The translations under genes were made by a program, and so were the position numbers. Under the pieces are notes generated by a model. It was not told the DNA's origin, did not search any database, and was given only the letters and a program-made list of their open reading frames with translations. Below, one piece after another: positions 1-10,386 of a stretch of 64,000 nt of DNA. Numbering within the stretch: position 1 is the stretch's first letter; each line of letters starts with the position of its first letter. The DNA is from an uncultured Gemmatimonadales bacterium (lineage in GTDB: Bacteria; Gemmatimonadota; Gemmatimonadetes; Gemmatimonadales; Gemmatimonadaceae): positions 608,001 to 672,000 of the forward strand of contig CAWKMU010000003.1 in NCBI GenBank assembly GCA_963850905.1, read 5' to 3'.

Positions 1-2
1 AC

Positions 3-266
3 ACGACGGTCGACGGCCAGCGCGCCTGGCGGATCGATCGGATCGGCAATATCACGATCGCCGGCACCGCAGCGGCGCCCACCGACACCGTCGGGCTCAC
101 GGGCGACGGCACCATCCGCGCAACCGACTATGTGACGGTCGCCGGCGTCTTCCTGCGCAACACGTCCACCCAGACCACGCAGCTGCAACAGTACAAGCCC
201 AACCGGCCCGCCGTCCAAAGCGTGCCGATCCAGCAGACGATCAAGTCGACTGTGAGGGGGATCTAA
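3..266 (+). CDS. Hypothetical protein, C-terminal part (5' end outside window)
   Basis: Open frame 3 from window start, TTVDGQRAWRIDRIGNITIAG...QQTIKSTVRGI, TAA at 264-266, GC3-rich codons. Confidence 0.6.
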   Translation, partial: TTVDGQRAWRIDRIGNITIAGTAAAPTDTVGLTGDGTIRATDYVTVAGVFLRNTSTQTTQLQQYKPNRPAVQSVPIQQTIKSTVRGI

Positions 267-387
267 GGTCGGGGGTCAGGGGGGTCAGGGCCCAGGGAAC
301 CAAACGCACAGCCAGCTGCCGCTCACCGCGACTCGCCTTTCGGTTTGTTCCCTGACCCCCGACCCCTGACCCCTGACCCCGCCGTTC
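267..387. repeat. Heptamer-armed palindromic element (GGGGTCA)n...(TGACCCC)n, no REP core
   Basis: Left arm ggtcgggggtcaggggggtcagggcccagggaaccaaa; right arm tttgttccctgacccccgacccctgacccctgaccccgccgttc; lies between convergent stops. Confidence 0.75.
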
Positions 388-393
388 AGCCGT

Positions 394-2075
394 TCACGCC
401 CTTACCAGCCTCTTATACGCTATTCGATGCGGCCGGTCCGCATCCACGCCCTTGCGTCGATGGAAGTCCTCGGCGTACGCCCGGTAGTTGCCTTCGAACC
501 AGACGACCTCGCTGTCGCCCTCAAACGCGAGAATGTGCGTCGCGATGCGGTCGAGAAACCAGCGGTCGTGCGTGATGACGACGGCGCATCCGGCGAAATC
601 CAGCAGCGCCTCTTCCAGCGCGCGCAGCGTGTCGACGTCGAGATCGTTCGTCGGCTCGTCGAGCAGCAGGAGGTTGCCGCCGCTCTTGAGCAGTTTGGCG
701 AGGTGCAGCCGATTGCGCTCCCCACCCGAGAGGTCGCTGCACTTTCTTCTGCTGATCCGCACCGCGGAAGTTGAAGCTCGCGAGATACGCGCGCGTGTTC
801 ATCTCGCGCTTGCCGACGAGCATCGTCTCGTGCCCACCGCTCACCTCCTCCCACACTGATCGCGCGCCGTCGAGGGTCGCGGCTCTGATCCACGTACGCG
901 AGCTGCACGGTCTCGCCGATCGTGAGCGTACCGCTATCGGGCTTCTCCTCCCCGACGATCAGTCGGAAGAGCGTCGTCTTGCCCGCGCCGTTCGGGCCGA
1001 TGACTCCCACAATGCCGCCACGCGGCAGCGCGAACGACAGCCCGTCGAACAGCAGCGTGTCGCCGAAGCCCTTCTTGAGATCCGTCGCAGTCACGACTTC
1101 GTTGCCCAGGCGCGGCGGTGGCGGAATCACGATCTCGTTCTGCATCACACGCTCGGCCGTGTCGGCTTTCGCGAGATCCTCGTATCGCTGCACGCGAGCC
1201 TTGGACTTCGCCTGCCGGGCGCGCGGCGCCATCCGCACCCACTCGAGCTCGCGCTCGAGCGTCCGCTGGCGGGCCGATGCCTGCTTCTCCTCCTGCGCGA
1301 GCCGCGTGCGCTTCTGCTCGAGCCACGCGCTGTAGTTCCCCTCGTACGGGATCCCGTGCCCGCGATCGAGCTCCAGGATCCAGCCGGCGACGTTGTCGAG
1401 GAAATACCGGTCGTGCGTCACCGCGACGACCGTCCCCGGAAACTCGGCAAGGTGCCGCTCCAGCCACGCCACGCTCTCGGCGTCGAGATGGTTCGTCGGC
1501 TCATCCAGCAGCAGCATGTCGGGCTCCTCGAGCAGCACACGGCAGAGCGCGACGCGACGGCGCTCACCGCCCGAGAGACGCGACACATCGGCGTCGCCCG
1601 GCGGCAGTCGCAGCGCGTCCATCGCGATCTCGATCTTGCGATCGAGCTCCCACGCGTTGCGTGGCCTCGATGCGCTCCTGCACCGCCGCCTGCTCGTCGA
1701 GCAGCTTCGTCATCTCGGCGTCGCGACATCGGCTCGGCGAACCGCAGCCGAGATCTCCTCGTAGCGCCGCACGAGGTCGCGCGTTGCGCGCACCGCCTCC
1801 TCGACATTGCCGCGCACGTCCTTCGACGCGTCCAGCTGCGGCTCCTGCGACAGAAAGCCGATGCGCGTGCCCGCATGCGGCCAGGCCTCGCCCTGAAAGT
1901 CCTGGTCGACACCCGCCATGATCCGCAGGAGCGAGGACTTCCCGGCGCCATTTGCGCCCAGCACGCCGATCTTTGCGCCCGGATAGAAGGACAGCCAAAT
2001 GTCGCGCAAGATCTCCCGCGACGGCGGGACGACTTTGCGCAGACCCTTCATGACGTAGATGAATTGGGGAGCCAT
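394..2075 (-). CDS. ettA: Energy-dependent translational throttle protein EttA (ABC-F), split by about 4 apparent frameshifts
   Basis: [74 protein letters not shown]; second GPNGAGKTT and [13 protein letters not shown]...[11 protein letters not shown]; pieces in ORFs 1710-2339, 1564-1998, 420-1622, 521-856, 394-762. Confidence 0.92.
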
Positions 2076-2111
2076 AATCGGCAGAATGCTAATGGGCTCC
2101 TGGCGTTGACT

Positions 2112-2334
2112 GAACGGCCGCACGCCAAACAGCGGGGTCAGGGGTCGGGGAAGACCGCGATCCGTCCCTTGGCGGGTAGGGGCGACGCATGCGTCGCCCG
2201 TCGGCGTGACCGCACGACCCGCCTTGGACCGGTAGGGGCGACGCCTTGCGTCGCCCGTCGTTGTCGTTGCGGTTGTTGGTCCCAGACCCCAGACCCCAGA
2301 CCCCGGGTCCCTGACCCCCGCTGTTTGCCGTTCA
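2112..2334. repeat. Heptamer-armed palindromic element with two GTAG-REP copies (2176-2199, 2232-2256)
   Basis: Ends tgaacggc...gccgttca and aaacagcggggtcagggg...ccctgacccccgctgttt; internal gtaggggcgacgcatgcgtcgccc and gtaggggcgacgccttgcgtcgccc. Confidence 0.8.
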
Positions 2335-2502
2335 AACACCAGACAGATCGCCCCTCAAAAAGGCCCATTCCGGAACATTTGACCTACTCCCAACTCGCAA
2401 TCTGCCAGTCAGTTACAGAATTGTAGCGCTCGGTTAGGGTGAGTCGTCCCGGGCTTGACGGCGAGCTCAGCAGTGAGCCCGCCCCAGCCGAGAGGGACCA
2501 CC

Positions 2503-4059
2503 ATGACCGGGACGATCCCAGGACCGGCCGCGCAGCGTCCTCGCGCGGCTTCCCGGCGGTGCGCAGCCAAGGTTTACGCGTGCCTCGTGACCGCAGTCAC
2601 CACCGCGTGCTTTGTCGGTGCAGCCTCCGATACCACTGGCCCGTCGGGTGCCCTCGGCTTCAGGCCGCCCCCGCAACCACCACCGCCACCCACCAGCGCG
2701 GCCACACCGCCACCCACGGAGGCGGACACGGTGCTGGTGACGCCCAACATCAGCCGGCCCGGCTTCGCGATCGCCCCGAACTTCGAGGGATTGAGCCTCG
2801 AGATCTGGGACGCAATCAACAACCCGCGCCTCGCCGATCCGGCACTCGAGCAGTTCCTCGTCAACCTCGGACCGGGCGTGCTCCGCATCGGCGGCATCAC
2901 GGCCGATGAGCACTGGTGGAACCCCACCACGCGCGTCGCGCGCACCGACGGCGCGCCGGTCATCATCAACGCCGACTTCACCACGCTCTTCGCGTTTTCG
3001 CGCGCAACCAACTGGCCGGTCATCTACACCGTCAACCTCGCGAACTTGCAGCCGGACACCGCGGCCGCCGAAGTCCAGGCGCTGGCCGCCGCCGGGGGAA
3101 AGTCACTCCTTGGCGTCTCCATCGGCAACGAGCCCGATCAGTACGTGTCGGATGGATTCCGCTCCAGCAGCTGGGACTGGACGCAGATGCAGAGCCAGTG
3201 GACCAGCTACGCCAATGCGATTCAGGCGCGCACGCCCGGCGTCAAGTTCGTCGGCCTCGATGGATGCTGCGTGACCGCACTCGGCTGGCTTCCAGGCTTT
3301 GTCAGTAGCCAAGCGTCGCGGCTCGCCCTCGGATCGCATCACATCTATCCCGAATGGAACGGCGCCCAGTCGGGCACCAACTACTATCCGTCCATCACCA
3401 ATCTCTTGGACTCGCTGACGACCAATCGAGTGAGCAGCGACGTCGTGGAGCTCTACCAGGCGCTTGGTGGGCAAGTCCCGCTTCGCATCACGGAATCGAA
3501 TTCGGTCGCAGCCGGCGGCGCACCAGGCGTCAGCAACGTGTTCGCGGCGAGCCTGTGGGGAATCGAGCACATGTTCACGTTGGCCGAAAACGGGGCAACC
3601 GGTGTGAACTTCCACGGTTCGCTGAGCGGCGGTACCTACCAGCCGATCGACGGCACCCCCGGTAACTACACCGCGCGCCCCCTCTATTACGCGATGCTGG
3701 TGTTCCACTCCGCCGCACAGGGACAGACCATCCCCGTCGCAGTCACCACGCACTGGAACGTGGCCGTCCACGCGACGGTGGCCTCCGACGGCACGCTCCG
3801 CATCACGGCGATCAACCGCGAGCCCTCGACCGCCGTGCAAGTCCGCGTCACCCCGGGCCGCTCATACACGCACGCCGGCACGCTCCGCCTCACCGGTCCA
3901 TCACTGACTGCCACGTCGGGCATCACCTTCGCCGGCAGCAGCGTGAGCTCGACCGGCGTGTGGAAGCCCGGGACGCAGGAAGCCGTGTACACGCAAAACG
4001 GCGTCTACGCGATCTCGCTCCCGGCCGCAAGCGCGGCCGTCCTCACCCTGCAGCCGTAA
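2503..4059 (+). CDS. Glycoside hydrolase family 79 (beta-glucuronidase/heparanase-like), probably exported
   Basis: LRIGGITAD, IGNEPD (acid/base Glu), ITESNSVAAGGAPGVSNVFAASLW (nucleophile region), RPLYYAML; N-terminal hydrophobic segment and Pro-rich linker; ATG 2503 after agaggga. Confidence 0.8.
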   Translation: MTGTIPGPAAQRPRAASRRCAAKVYACLVTAVTTACFVGAASDTTGPSGALGFRPPPQPPPPPTSAATPPPTEADTVLVTPNISRPGFAIAPNFEGLSLEIWDAINNPRLADPALEQFLVNLGPGVLRIGGITADEHWWNPTTRVARTDGAPVIINADFTTLFAFSRATNWPVIYTVNLANLQPDTAAAEVQALAAAGGKSLLGVSIGNEPDQYVSDGFRSSSWDWTQMQSQWTSYANAIQARTPGVKFVGLDGCCVTALGWLPGFVSSQASRLALGSHHIYPEWNGAQSGTNYYPSITNLLDSLTTNRVSSDVVELYQALGGQVPLRITESNSVAAGGAPGVSNVFAASLWGIEHMFTLAENGATGVNFHGSLSGGTYQPIDGTPGNYTARPLYYAMLVFHSAAQGQTIPVAVTTHWNVAVHATVASDGTLRITAINREPSTAVQVRVTPGRSYTHAGTLRLTGPSLTATSGITFAGSSVSSTGVWKPGTQEAVYTQNGVYAISLPAASAAVLTLQP

Positions 4060-4072
4060 CACGCATGGACCG

Positions 4073-4157
4073 GTAGGGGCGACGCATTGCGTCGCCCTCC
4101 TGCACCGCCCGCACCGATTCCCCCTGCGGCGGGTGGGGGCGACGCATTGCGTCGCCC
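4073..4157 (+). repeat. Two tandem GTAG-REP palindromes, 60-bp period
   Basis: gtaggggcgacgcattgcgtcgccc at 4073-4097 and gtgggggcgacgcattgcgtcgccc at 4133-4157. Confidence 0.85.
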
Positions 4158-4161
4158 TCCC

Positions 4162-4743
4162 TCACCGCCCCCTAAATCGCAATTCCAACATCGTCGCCGG
4201 CCGCCCCGCCTCATCCGCAACCGATAGCGTCAGCCGGTCCAAGTGTGCCGGCTCGGCGAGATCCACCGCCAGCAGGGCACGCCGCGCGTCCGCCGTCAGC
4301 GTGCGATAGAGGTTGAGCGTGACGTGAGGAGTGAACGTGAAGCGCACGGGCCCGAATACGAGGCCTGATTGCGCGATCCGGTCGTGCAGGATGCGCAGCG
4401 GCCCATGCGGGTCGAGCGGCAGGCTGATGATGTCGGTCTGCATGAAGCGATGCGGCCGGCCCAGCGCCAGGGTAAGGGGCTCGCGTATCGTCGACGATCG
4501 GCCCGAGCGCACGCTCCAGCGCCTGGCGCGGCGTACCCGCGCGAATCGGTCCGACACCAGATGAGCCCGCGAGCGTGATATGCGGCGGGAACGAAGCGGC
4601 GAGCTTGGGATCGTGCCGCTCCTGCAGGTCGTGGATGACCGCCGCCGTCGGGCCCGCGATCGGCGCCAGCACGAAGATGCCCGCCGGTCGTCGCCACTCA
4701 CCGTACTCGTCATCGACCGCGTGCTGGTCGAGCCGGGCGTCAT
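4162..4743 (-). CDS. 2H phosphoesterase / 2'-5' RNA ligase family protein (frameshifted, start uncertain)
   Basis: Two HxT motifs: PPHITLAGS (ORF 4211-5314 frame) and FTPHVTLNL (ORF 4162-5298 frame). Confidence 0.7.
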   Translation of the reverse strand: MTPGSTSTRSMTSTVSGDDRRASSCWRRSRARRRRSSTTCRSGTIPSSPLRSRRISRSRAHLVSDRFARVRRARRWSVRSGRSSTIREPLTLALGRPHRFMQTDIISLPLDPHGPLRILHDRIAQSGLVFGPVRFTFTPHVTLNLYRTLTADARRALLAVDLAEPAHLDRLTLSVADEAGRPATMLELRFRGR

Positions 4744-5965
4744 TCGCGCAAGGCGAATCTCGCGAGAAAGGCTGATGTCCGCCTCGAACATCGCTTCGGC
4801 TTCGGCGCCCGTCTTCGGATCTTCGATCACCGCGTCCAGCTCGAAGTTGATCGCCACACCCAGCGGATTGAAGTCGGTCGATCCGACGCGGATCCAGCGG
4901 CCGTCGGTCACCGTCGTCTTGGCATGCATCATTTCGCCCGTCCACTCCCAGATCCGCACCCCGTTCATGAGCAGGCGACGGTAGAACTGACGCGTCAACA
5001 GCCGGATCCACGGATGGTCGTAGCGGCTGGGCACCAAAACGCGGACATCGACGCCATCGCGCGCGGCGCCGTTCAGCGCTTCCACCTCGCTGTAGGACGG
5101 GACGAAGTAGGCGCTCGCGATCCAGATCGAGCGTTCGGCCGACACGGCTTGCATCTGCAGTGCGCGCGCGACGCGGAAGCGCCCGGGCTCGCCCTCGATG
5201 ATCCCGACCAGTGCCGGCGCGTCCGTGGACGGATCGAGGTGTGCGCCGCGCGACCTGCCGCGTGACGTAGCGATGCGCCCCGCGCCGCTCCTGACCATGG
5301 CTGCGGTGCCACATGTGGTCGAACGCGCTCGCTCAGGTCGCGAGCGGCTGGGCCGTCAATGCGCACCGCCGTGTCCCGCCACGGCGACCGACGCCGCTTG
5401 AGCACGCCCGTGCGCCACTCGTTGCCAATGCCGATGCCCCCCGGTGACACCGGCCGCGCCGTCGACGACCAGGAGCTTGCGGTGATCGCGTGGCACGAGC
5501 CCCAGCCAGCGTCGTGTGAGCGATGGCGGATTGAAGATCGAGACGTCGACGCCGCGAGGTCGCATTCTGCGTGAAGAACGAGCGCGGGGTGCCCATCCGC
5601 CCGACCCAGTCGACGAGCAGGCGCACGCTGATACCGCGCGCCGCCGCAGCCATGAGTGCATCGGCGAACCGCCGACCGACCTCATCGCCCCGGAAGATGT
5701 ACGCCTCGACCGCGACCGACTCCCGCGCGCCGTCGATGAGCTCGAGCATCGTCGCGAAGGTGTGATCCCCATCTCGGAGCAGCTGGACCTGGTTGCCGCT
5801 CGATACGTCCGCCGACGCGATGCGCCAGAGTCCGCGCGCGAACGATGGCCCCGAACCGACCGGGACCACGCCCACGCCGCCCGGCGCCGGCTCAACCGGC
5901 GACAGACCCGGCGGCTGCTCGACCGTCGGGGCATCCAGCGGTAGTCGAGGGCTAGGAAGCGCCAC
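4740..5965 (-). CDS. Cardiolipin synthase / phospholipase D family (frameshifted; 3' end unclear)
   Basis: GNQVQLLRDGDHTF, HKD motifs RDHRKLLVVDG and MHAKTTVTDG, WRDT, GSTDFN; pieces in four ORF segments. Confidence 0.85.
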
Positions 5966-5994
5966 AGGACTCGCCGCGAGGCGGCTCGTAGTGC

Positions 5995-6222
5995 GGAGAA
6001 AGGAGAGAGGAGAAAGGAGACAGCGAGGGGGGCCGACAGGCTAGCATAAGGAGGAGAGATAACACCTGGCGTATACCTGCTCCCAGAGCACCAACACCAA
6101 GAGACTGGGCACCAAACAGACGAGTACCGCTCAGTCCTCGTCCCGGCGGTGCGTCCGCGCAGATGCTAGGCGTTGTCTCCTTTCTCCTTTCTGGGGTTCT
6201 CCTTTCTCGGGCGCGTAAGCGC
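5995..6222. repeat. Palindromic element with (AGGAGAA/AGGAGAG) heptamer arms
   Basis: ggagaaaggagagaggagaaaggagacagcg...ctagcat versus atgctaggcgttgtctcctttctcctttct...ttctcctttctcgggcgcgtaagcgccc. Confidence 0.65.
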
Positions 6223-6269
6223 CCGCCCCGCCCCCTTCTGTTCGTAAGCCAACATTCACATCATCCGCC

Positions 6270-7163
6270 ATGCTGACGATCGATCTCACGGGAAAACGCG
6301 CGCTCATTGCAGGCGTGGCCGACGACGCGGGGTACGGGTTTGCGATCGCCAAGGCGCTGGCGAGCGCGGGCGCGACGGTCAGCGTAGCGACATGGCCTCC
6401 AGCGCTCACGATTTTCAGGAACCTGCTCGAGCGCGGGAAAATGGACGCCGCCCGGCGGCTGCCTGACGGGTCGTTGCTCACGTTCGAGCGGATCTATCCG
6501 TTCGACGCGGCCTTCGATACGCTGGCGGACGCACCAGAAGATCTGCGCACGAGCAAACGGTACAAGGAGGTGGGTGACTTCTCGGTCGCCGGACTTGCCG
6601 ACCGCTGGAGGACAGATTTCGGTGATCGCTCGCTCGATATTCTCGTGCACTCGCTCGCGAACGGGCCTGACGTGACCAAGCCCCTGCTCGACACGAGCCG
6701 AGCCGGATACCTCGCAGCTGTGAACGTGAGCGCCTTTTCCCTCGTCGCCCTCGTCGCGCGTCTCGGCCCGCTCCTCCGTCCCGGTGCATCCGTCCTGTCA
6801 CTCACCTACATGGCGAGCGAGCGCGTCATCCCCGGGTACGGCGGCGGCATGTCGTCCGCCAAGGCGGCGCTGGAAAGCGACACGCGCGTGTTGGCCTTCG
6901 AAGCGGGCCGACGTTTTGGCGTCCGCATCAACACGATCTCCGCGGGCCCCCTCGCCTCACGAGCCGCGAGCGCCATCGGCATCATCGAGCGCATGGTCCA
7001 ACACTGCGCCGCCAACTCGCCGCTCCCCGAGCCGGTCCAACCCGCCGACGTCGCCTATACCGCCGCGTTCCTCGCCAGCCCCCTCGGCGCCGGCATCACG
7101 GGCTCCACGGTGTACGTGGACAAGGGGTACCATGTGATGGGGATGGATGTGGGTAAGGCATAA
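6270..7163 (+). CDS. fabI: Enoyl-ACP reductase (NADH), long plant/chlamydial-type
   Basis: IDLTGKRALIAGVADDAGYGFAIAK, DILVHSLANGP, YGGGMSSAKAALESDTRVLAFEAGR, NTISAGPLASRAA. Confidence 0.92.
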   Translation: MLTIDLTGKRALIAGVADDAGYGFAIAKALASAGATVSVATWPPALTIFRNLLERGKMDAARRLPDGSLLTFERIYPFDAAFDTLADAPEDLRTSKRYKEVGDFSVAGLADRWRTDFGDRSLDILVHSLANGPDVTKPLLDTSRAGYLAAVNVSAFSLVALVARLGPLLRPGASVLSLTYMASERVIPGYGGGMSSAKAALESDTRVLAFEAGRRFGVRINTISAGPLASRAASAIGIIERMVQHCAANSPLPEPVQPADVAYTAAFLASPLGAGITGSTVYVDKGYHVMGMDVGKA

Positions 7164-7280
7164 CGGCGGGTTTGGGGTTTGGGGTGGGGAACTGCGACAA
7201 ACAGAATCGGCCAATCACGGTGCCCCGTGACTGGCCGTCGCGTTTGTTGTAGTGACCCCAGACCCCAAACCCGCCGTTCA
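7162..7280. repeat. Heptamer-armed palindromic element (GGGGTTT variant)
   Basis: aacggcgggtttggggtttgggg ... gaccccagaccccaaacccgccgtt immediately after the fabI stop. Confidence 0.65.
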
Positions 7281-7318
7281 GTTTCCACCCCAGACCCCAA
7301 CGACCCTAGACCCGCAGT

Positions 7319-7525
7319 TCAGCCCCTCGCATCGTCCCGACTTCCCACCACGTCGGCCGGAATGGTCGTCGGCAGCCGCGGGTCCCGATACGTCGCCTTG
7401 TGGATCGCGTACGCAGTCACGTAGAGAGCAACCGTCAAGATCGAGATGAACGCAGCCACGCCCCAGCCCCGGTTGCCCGGGTAGGGGATGTAGCGGCCGC
7501 CGTTCGATCGATTGGTGTCAGCCAT
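7319..7525 (-). CDS. Small single-TM hypothetical protein (68 aa)
   Basis: MADTNRSNGGRYIPYPGNRGWGVAAFISILTVALYVTAYAIHKATYRDPR...; strong RBS GGAGG 7 nt before ATG. Confidence 0.65.
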   Translation of the reverse strand: MADTNRSNGGRYIPYPGNRGWGVAAFISILTVALYVTAYAIHKATYRDPRLPTTIPADVVGSRDDARG

Positions 7526-7547
7526 GTCAGAGCCTCCGGGCGGCAAA

Positions 7548-9671
7548 TTATCGAGGGACGATCGGCGGTGCCAGTCCGCCATCCGTCGCCGGACCGGGTG
7601 GATCGCCGAGTGGTGCGTCGCCCCAGGTATCGTCGGACGGTCGCATGTCGGGAACCGCCGCGCGGTTCGGCCACAGACGCGCGCCGACCACGCGGGCAGC
7701 GACGGGGATCTCGACGTCGATGGACATGCCGCGCGCCCACAGGTCGACGGGCAGGTGCACATCCTGGGTTGAGCCGTTGGCGAGCTTCAGCCGCAGCGAC
7801 ACCGGGAAGACGAGCCGCGAGTATCGACGCAGTGTGACGACCGCCGTCGCCCTGGCCGCGGTGTCATGCCCCATTGATCCGCGCATTCTGAATGCTGTCG
7901 ATGCCGACGTCGAGCCGCGCGGTGGTGTAGAAGTATCCGCGCCAGAGCCACGCCAGGTCGGCGCCCGTCACGTTCTCGATCGTTCGAAAGAAATCGCCCG
8001 GCGTCGGATGCTTGTACGACCAGCGCCGGAAGTATTCCCGCATCGCCCGATCGAACGCGTCGCGCGCGACGACATGGTCACGCAACGCCAGCAGCACGGC
8101 AGCCGGCTTCTCGTACGCGTCGTTGGCCAGCGCCACTTCGTCGATGTGATCCGGACGTGTCATGAGCGGTGCATCAATACCCGCCGCCGCGGTCTGCTCC
8201 CAGATCGCGAGGAAGCTGGCCCAGTTGTCCATCCCAGGCGGCCACTTGCGCGGATCGGTGCCGTAGCGCCGCTCCTGCGAGAACGCGTTCATGTACGTGT
8301 TGATGCCCTCGTCCATCCATGCGAAGCGCCGCTCATTCGACCCGACAACCATCGGGAACCACTCGTGGCCGTGCTCGTGATCGTTCGTGCGAAAGACATC
8401 GCCCGGCGCACCGCGCTGCGTGTATTCGACCATCACGAACATCGGATATTCCATCCCCGATACGGGGCCGGCCACCGAGGACGCTTGGGGATAGGGGTAG
8501 GCCCCGATCAGCGCCGAGTACATGCGCAGCGTCCACTGCGTGTTCTCCGCGACGTGCTCCCACTCGCGACCGGCCTTCGGCTCCTCGTAGTACGACTGGC
8601 ACAACGCGCCAGCCTCGCGTCCCGCGAGGGGTCCGCTCCAGGCAGCATCCCAGCGGAAGTCCGGAGCGCCACCCCACGCGACGTCGCGCACGTTCTGCGC
8701 ACGGAAGTGCCACGTCTTCGTGCCCGGCACGCACCCGCCCCTTGGCGCTCTTGGCTTCGTCCGCCGTGATGATCCCGACAACTGCCGTATCGTGCGCGGC
8801 CTGGGCCAGGCGGTCCCGCTCGACGCTCGTCAGGACCTCCGCCGCGTTCTCGAGCACGCCGCTGCCACCGACCGTGTAGCCCGCGGGCACCGTCACGCTG
8901 TAGTCGATGTCGCCGTACTCGAGGTAGAACTCCCCCTGCCCGAGATACTGGTCCGTATTCCATCCGCGGACGTCGTCGTACACCACCATCCGCGGATACC
9001 ACTGGGCGAACTCGTACAGTGGCCCGTCCCGCCCCATGCGATCCGAACCGTGTTCGGGGATGAGAAACCGGTATTGCACGACGACCGTGAGCTGCCCGCC
9101 GCGAGCCGGGAGCGGCTCTAGCAGATCGAGTCGCATCATCGTGCCGTCGACGAATGGCGTGACGGCCTTGCCATCGGCGGTGATCGTCCCCAGGACGTAG
9201 CCGCCGTCGAAGCCAGCGCCGCTGTTCCGGCTATCGCCGGGAAAGAGGAAGGACCCCGCACTCCCGCGCCGAAAGAGGTTCTGGTCCAGCTGCATCCACA
9301 CCGAACGCAGCGTGTCGGGCGAGTTGTTGGTGTAATGCACCGTCACGGTACCGCTGAGCGTCTTGGCCGCCGTGTCGAGCGGTCGCGACGATGCTGTAGT
9401 CCGCGCGCTGCTGCCAGTACTGCGGGCCAGGCGCGCCCGAGGCGTCTCGGTACACGTTCGGCCCCGGCCAGTCCGACCGGTTCATCGTGAAGAAAGGACT
9501 GTCCATCGCGTCCGCGACACCCGAGTCGAGTGAGGGCAGTCGCGTGACGGGGACGGGCCCGTGACTCACGATCGGCGTGGGAGCCGCCGCAACCGGCGCG
9601 TTGCGGGATTGTGATGCGCACGCCGCGGCAAAGAGCCCGGCAGCCATCCCAGCAGTCAACACGCAGCGCAT
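7548..9671 (-). CDS. M1 family (gluzincin) aminopeptidase, lipoprotein; about 3 frameshifts
   Basis: Lipobox-like LFAAAC; GPQYWQQRADY; AQWYPRMVVYDDVRGW; GMEYP; HEHGHEWFPMVVGSNERRFAWMDEG (HExxH...E). Confidence 0.88.
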
Positions 9672-9731
9672 GACGCCTGAGGGAGAGAAGAGAGTGGTCG
9701 GAGGGGACGAGCCGGGAGGTGCGAGCCGAGC

Positions 9732-10271
9732 TTATTGTCGGGCGGACGCCTTCCGCTTGCGCGTGCGCGCAGGCGCCGGCGAGCGTCGCCGAGACTTCCG
9801 CCGCGGCGGGGGCGCGAGGATCGTGCCCCGACAGGCGGATGTGCCGCACCGGCAGGGATAGAGGGCCTCATCTTCGGGGCCGGCGTCGTCGGCTCGCTCG
9901 TATGCATAGTCGTAAAACAGCTCCGACCCCACCGGGATCGGTCGCAGCGCATCGATGAAGACCCGGCCCTGCTCGATGACGGCCTCGCAGTTCGGTGCAC
10001 AGGAGTGGTTGATGAAGCGGGTGTCGTTGCCTCCGATCGCCGCGTCGATCACCGTCCGGGAAGTCACCGTGAATAGAAAGGTGTGATGCTGCGCCATCGC
10101 CTCATCGTCGTACCGGCGATCGCCCTCGGCTTGGGAAATCCGCTCCCCCACGTACTCCCCCAGGCGGTCGCCCTTCCGGATCGGGCGCGCCGCGTAGGCC
10201 CCCAGCCCATGGATCGAGGAAGTGCGGATCTCGAACGGCTGCGTGTCGGGCACCGGTTTGCTCAACGCCAT
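9732..10271 (-). CDS. SET-domain protein-lysine methyltransferase with post-SET Cys motif and basic tail
   Basis: SSIHGLGAYA, RFINHSCAPNC, ELFYDY, CRCGTSACRGTI. Confidence 0.93.
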   Translation of the reverse strand: MALSKPVPDTQPFEIRTSSIHGLGAYAARPIRKGDRLGEYVGERISQAEGDRRYDDEAMAQHHTFLFTVTSRTVIDAAIGGNDTRFINHSCAPNCEAVIEQGRVFIDALRPIPVGSELFYDYAYERADDAGPEDEALYPCRCGTSACRGTILAPPPRRKSRRRSPAPARTRKRKASARQ

Positions 10272-10386
10272 AACAAAACTGTCGTCTCCACGCTACGCTG
10301 TGATTGATGAGGCCGGCAAGTCGCGGCCCCGTGGGAATTTACGGTTTGGCGCTGCAGGTACGTAACGTGCTGCTGGGCCTGCCTGC

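Noticed and set aside
394..2075. Programmed frameshifting or pseudogenisation of ettA
   Set aside because: Multiple indels with no slippery sites, and neighbouring genes are equally affected; sequencing error is simpler
771..2426. Long antisense ORFs (also 10339-11871, 25763-27181, 31555-32940, 43880-45307, 49189-51447, 60117-61472)
   Set aside because: Shadow frames of real genes in high-GC DNA; Arg/Ala-rich with no motifs
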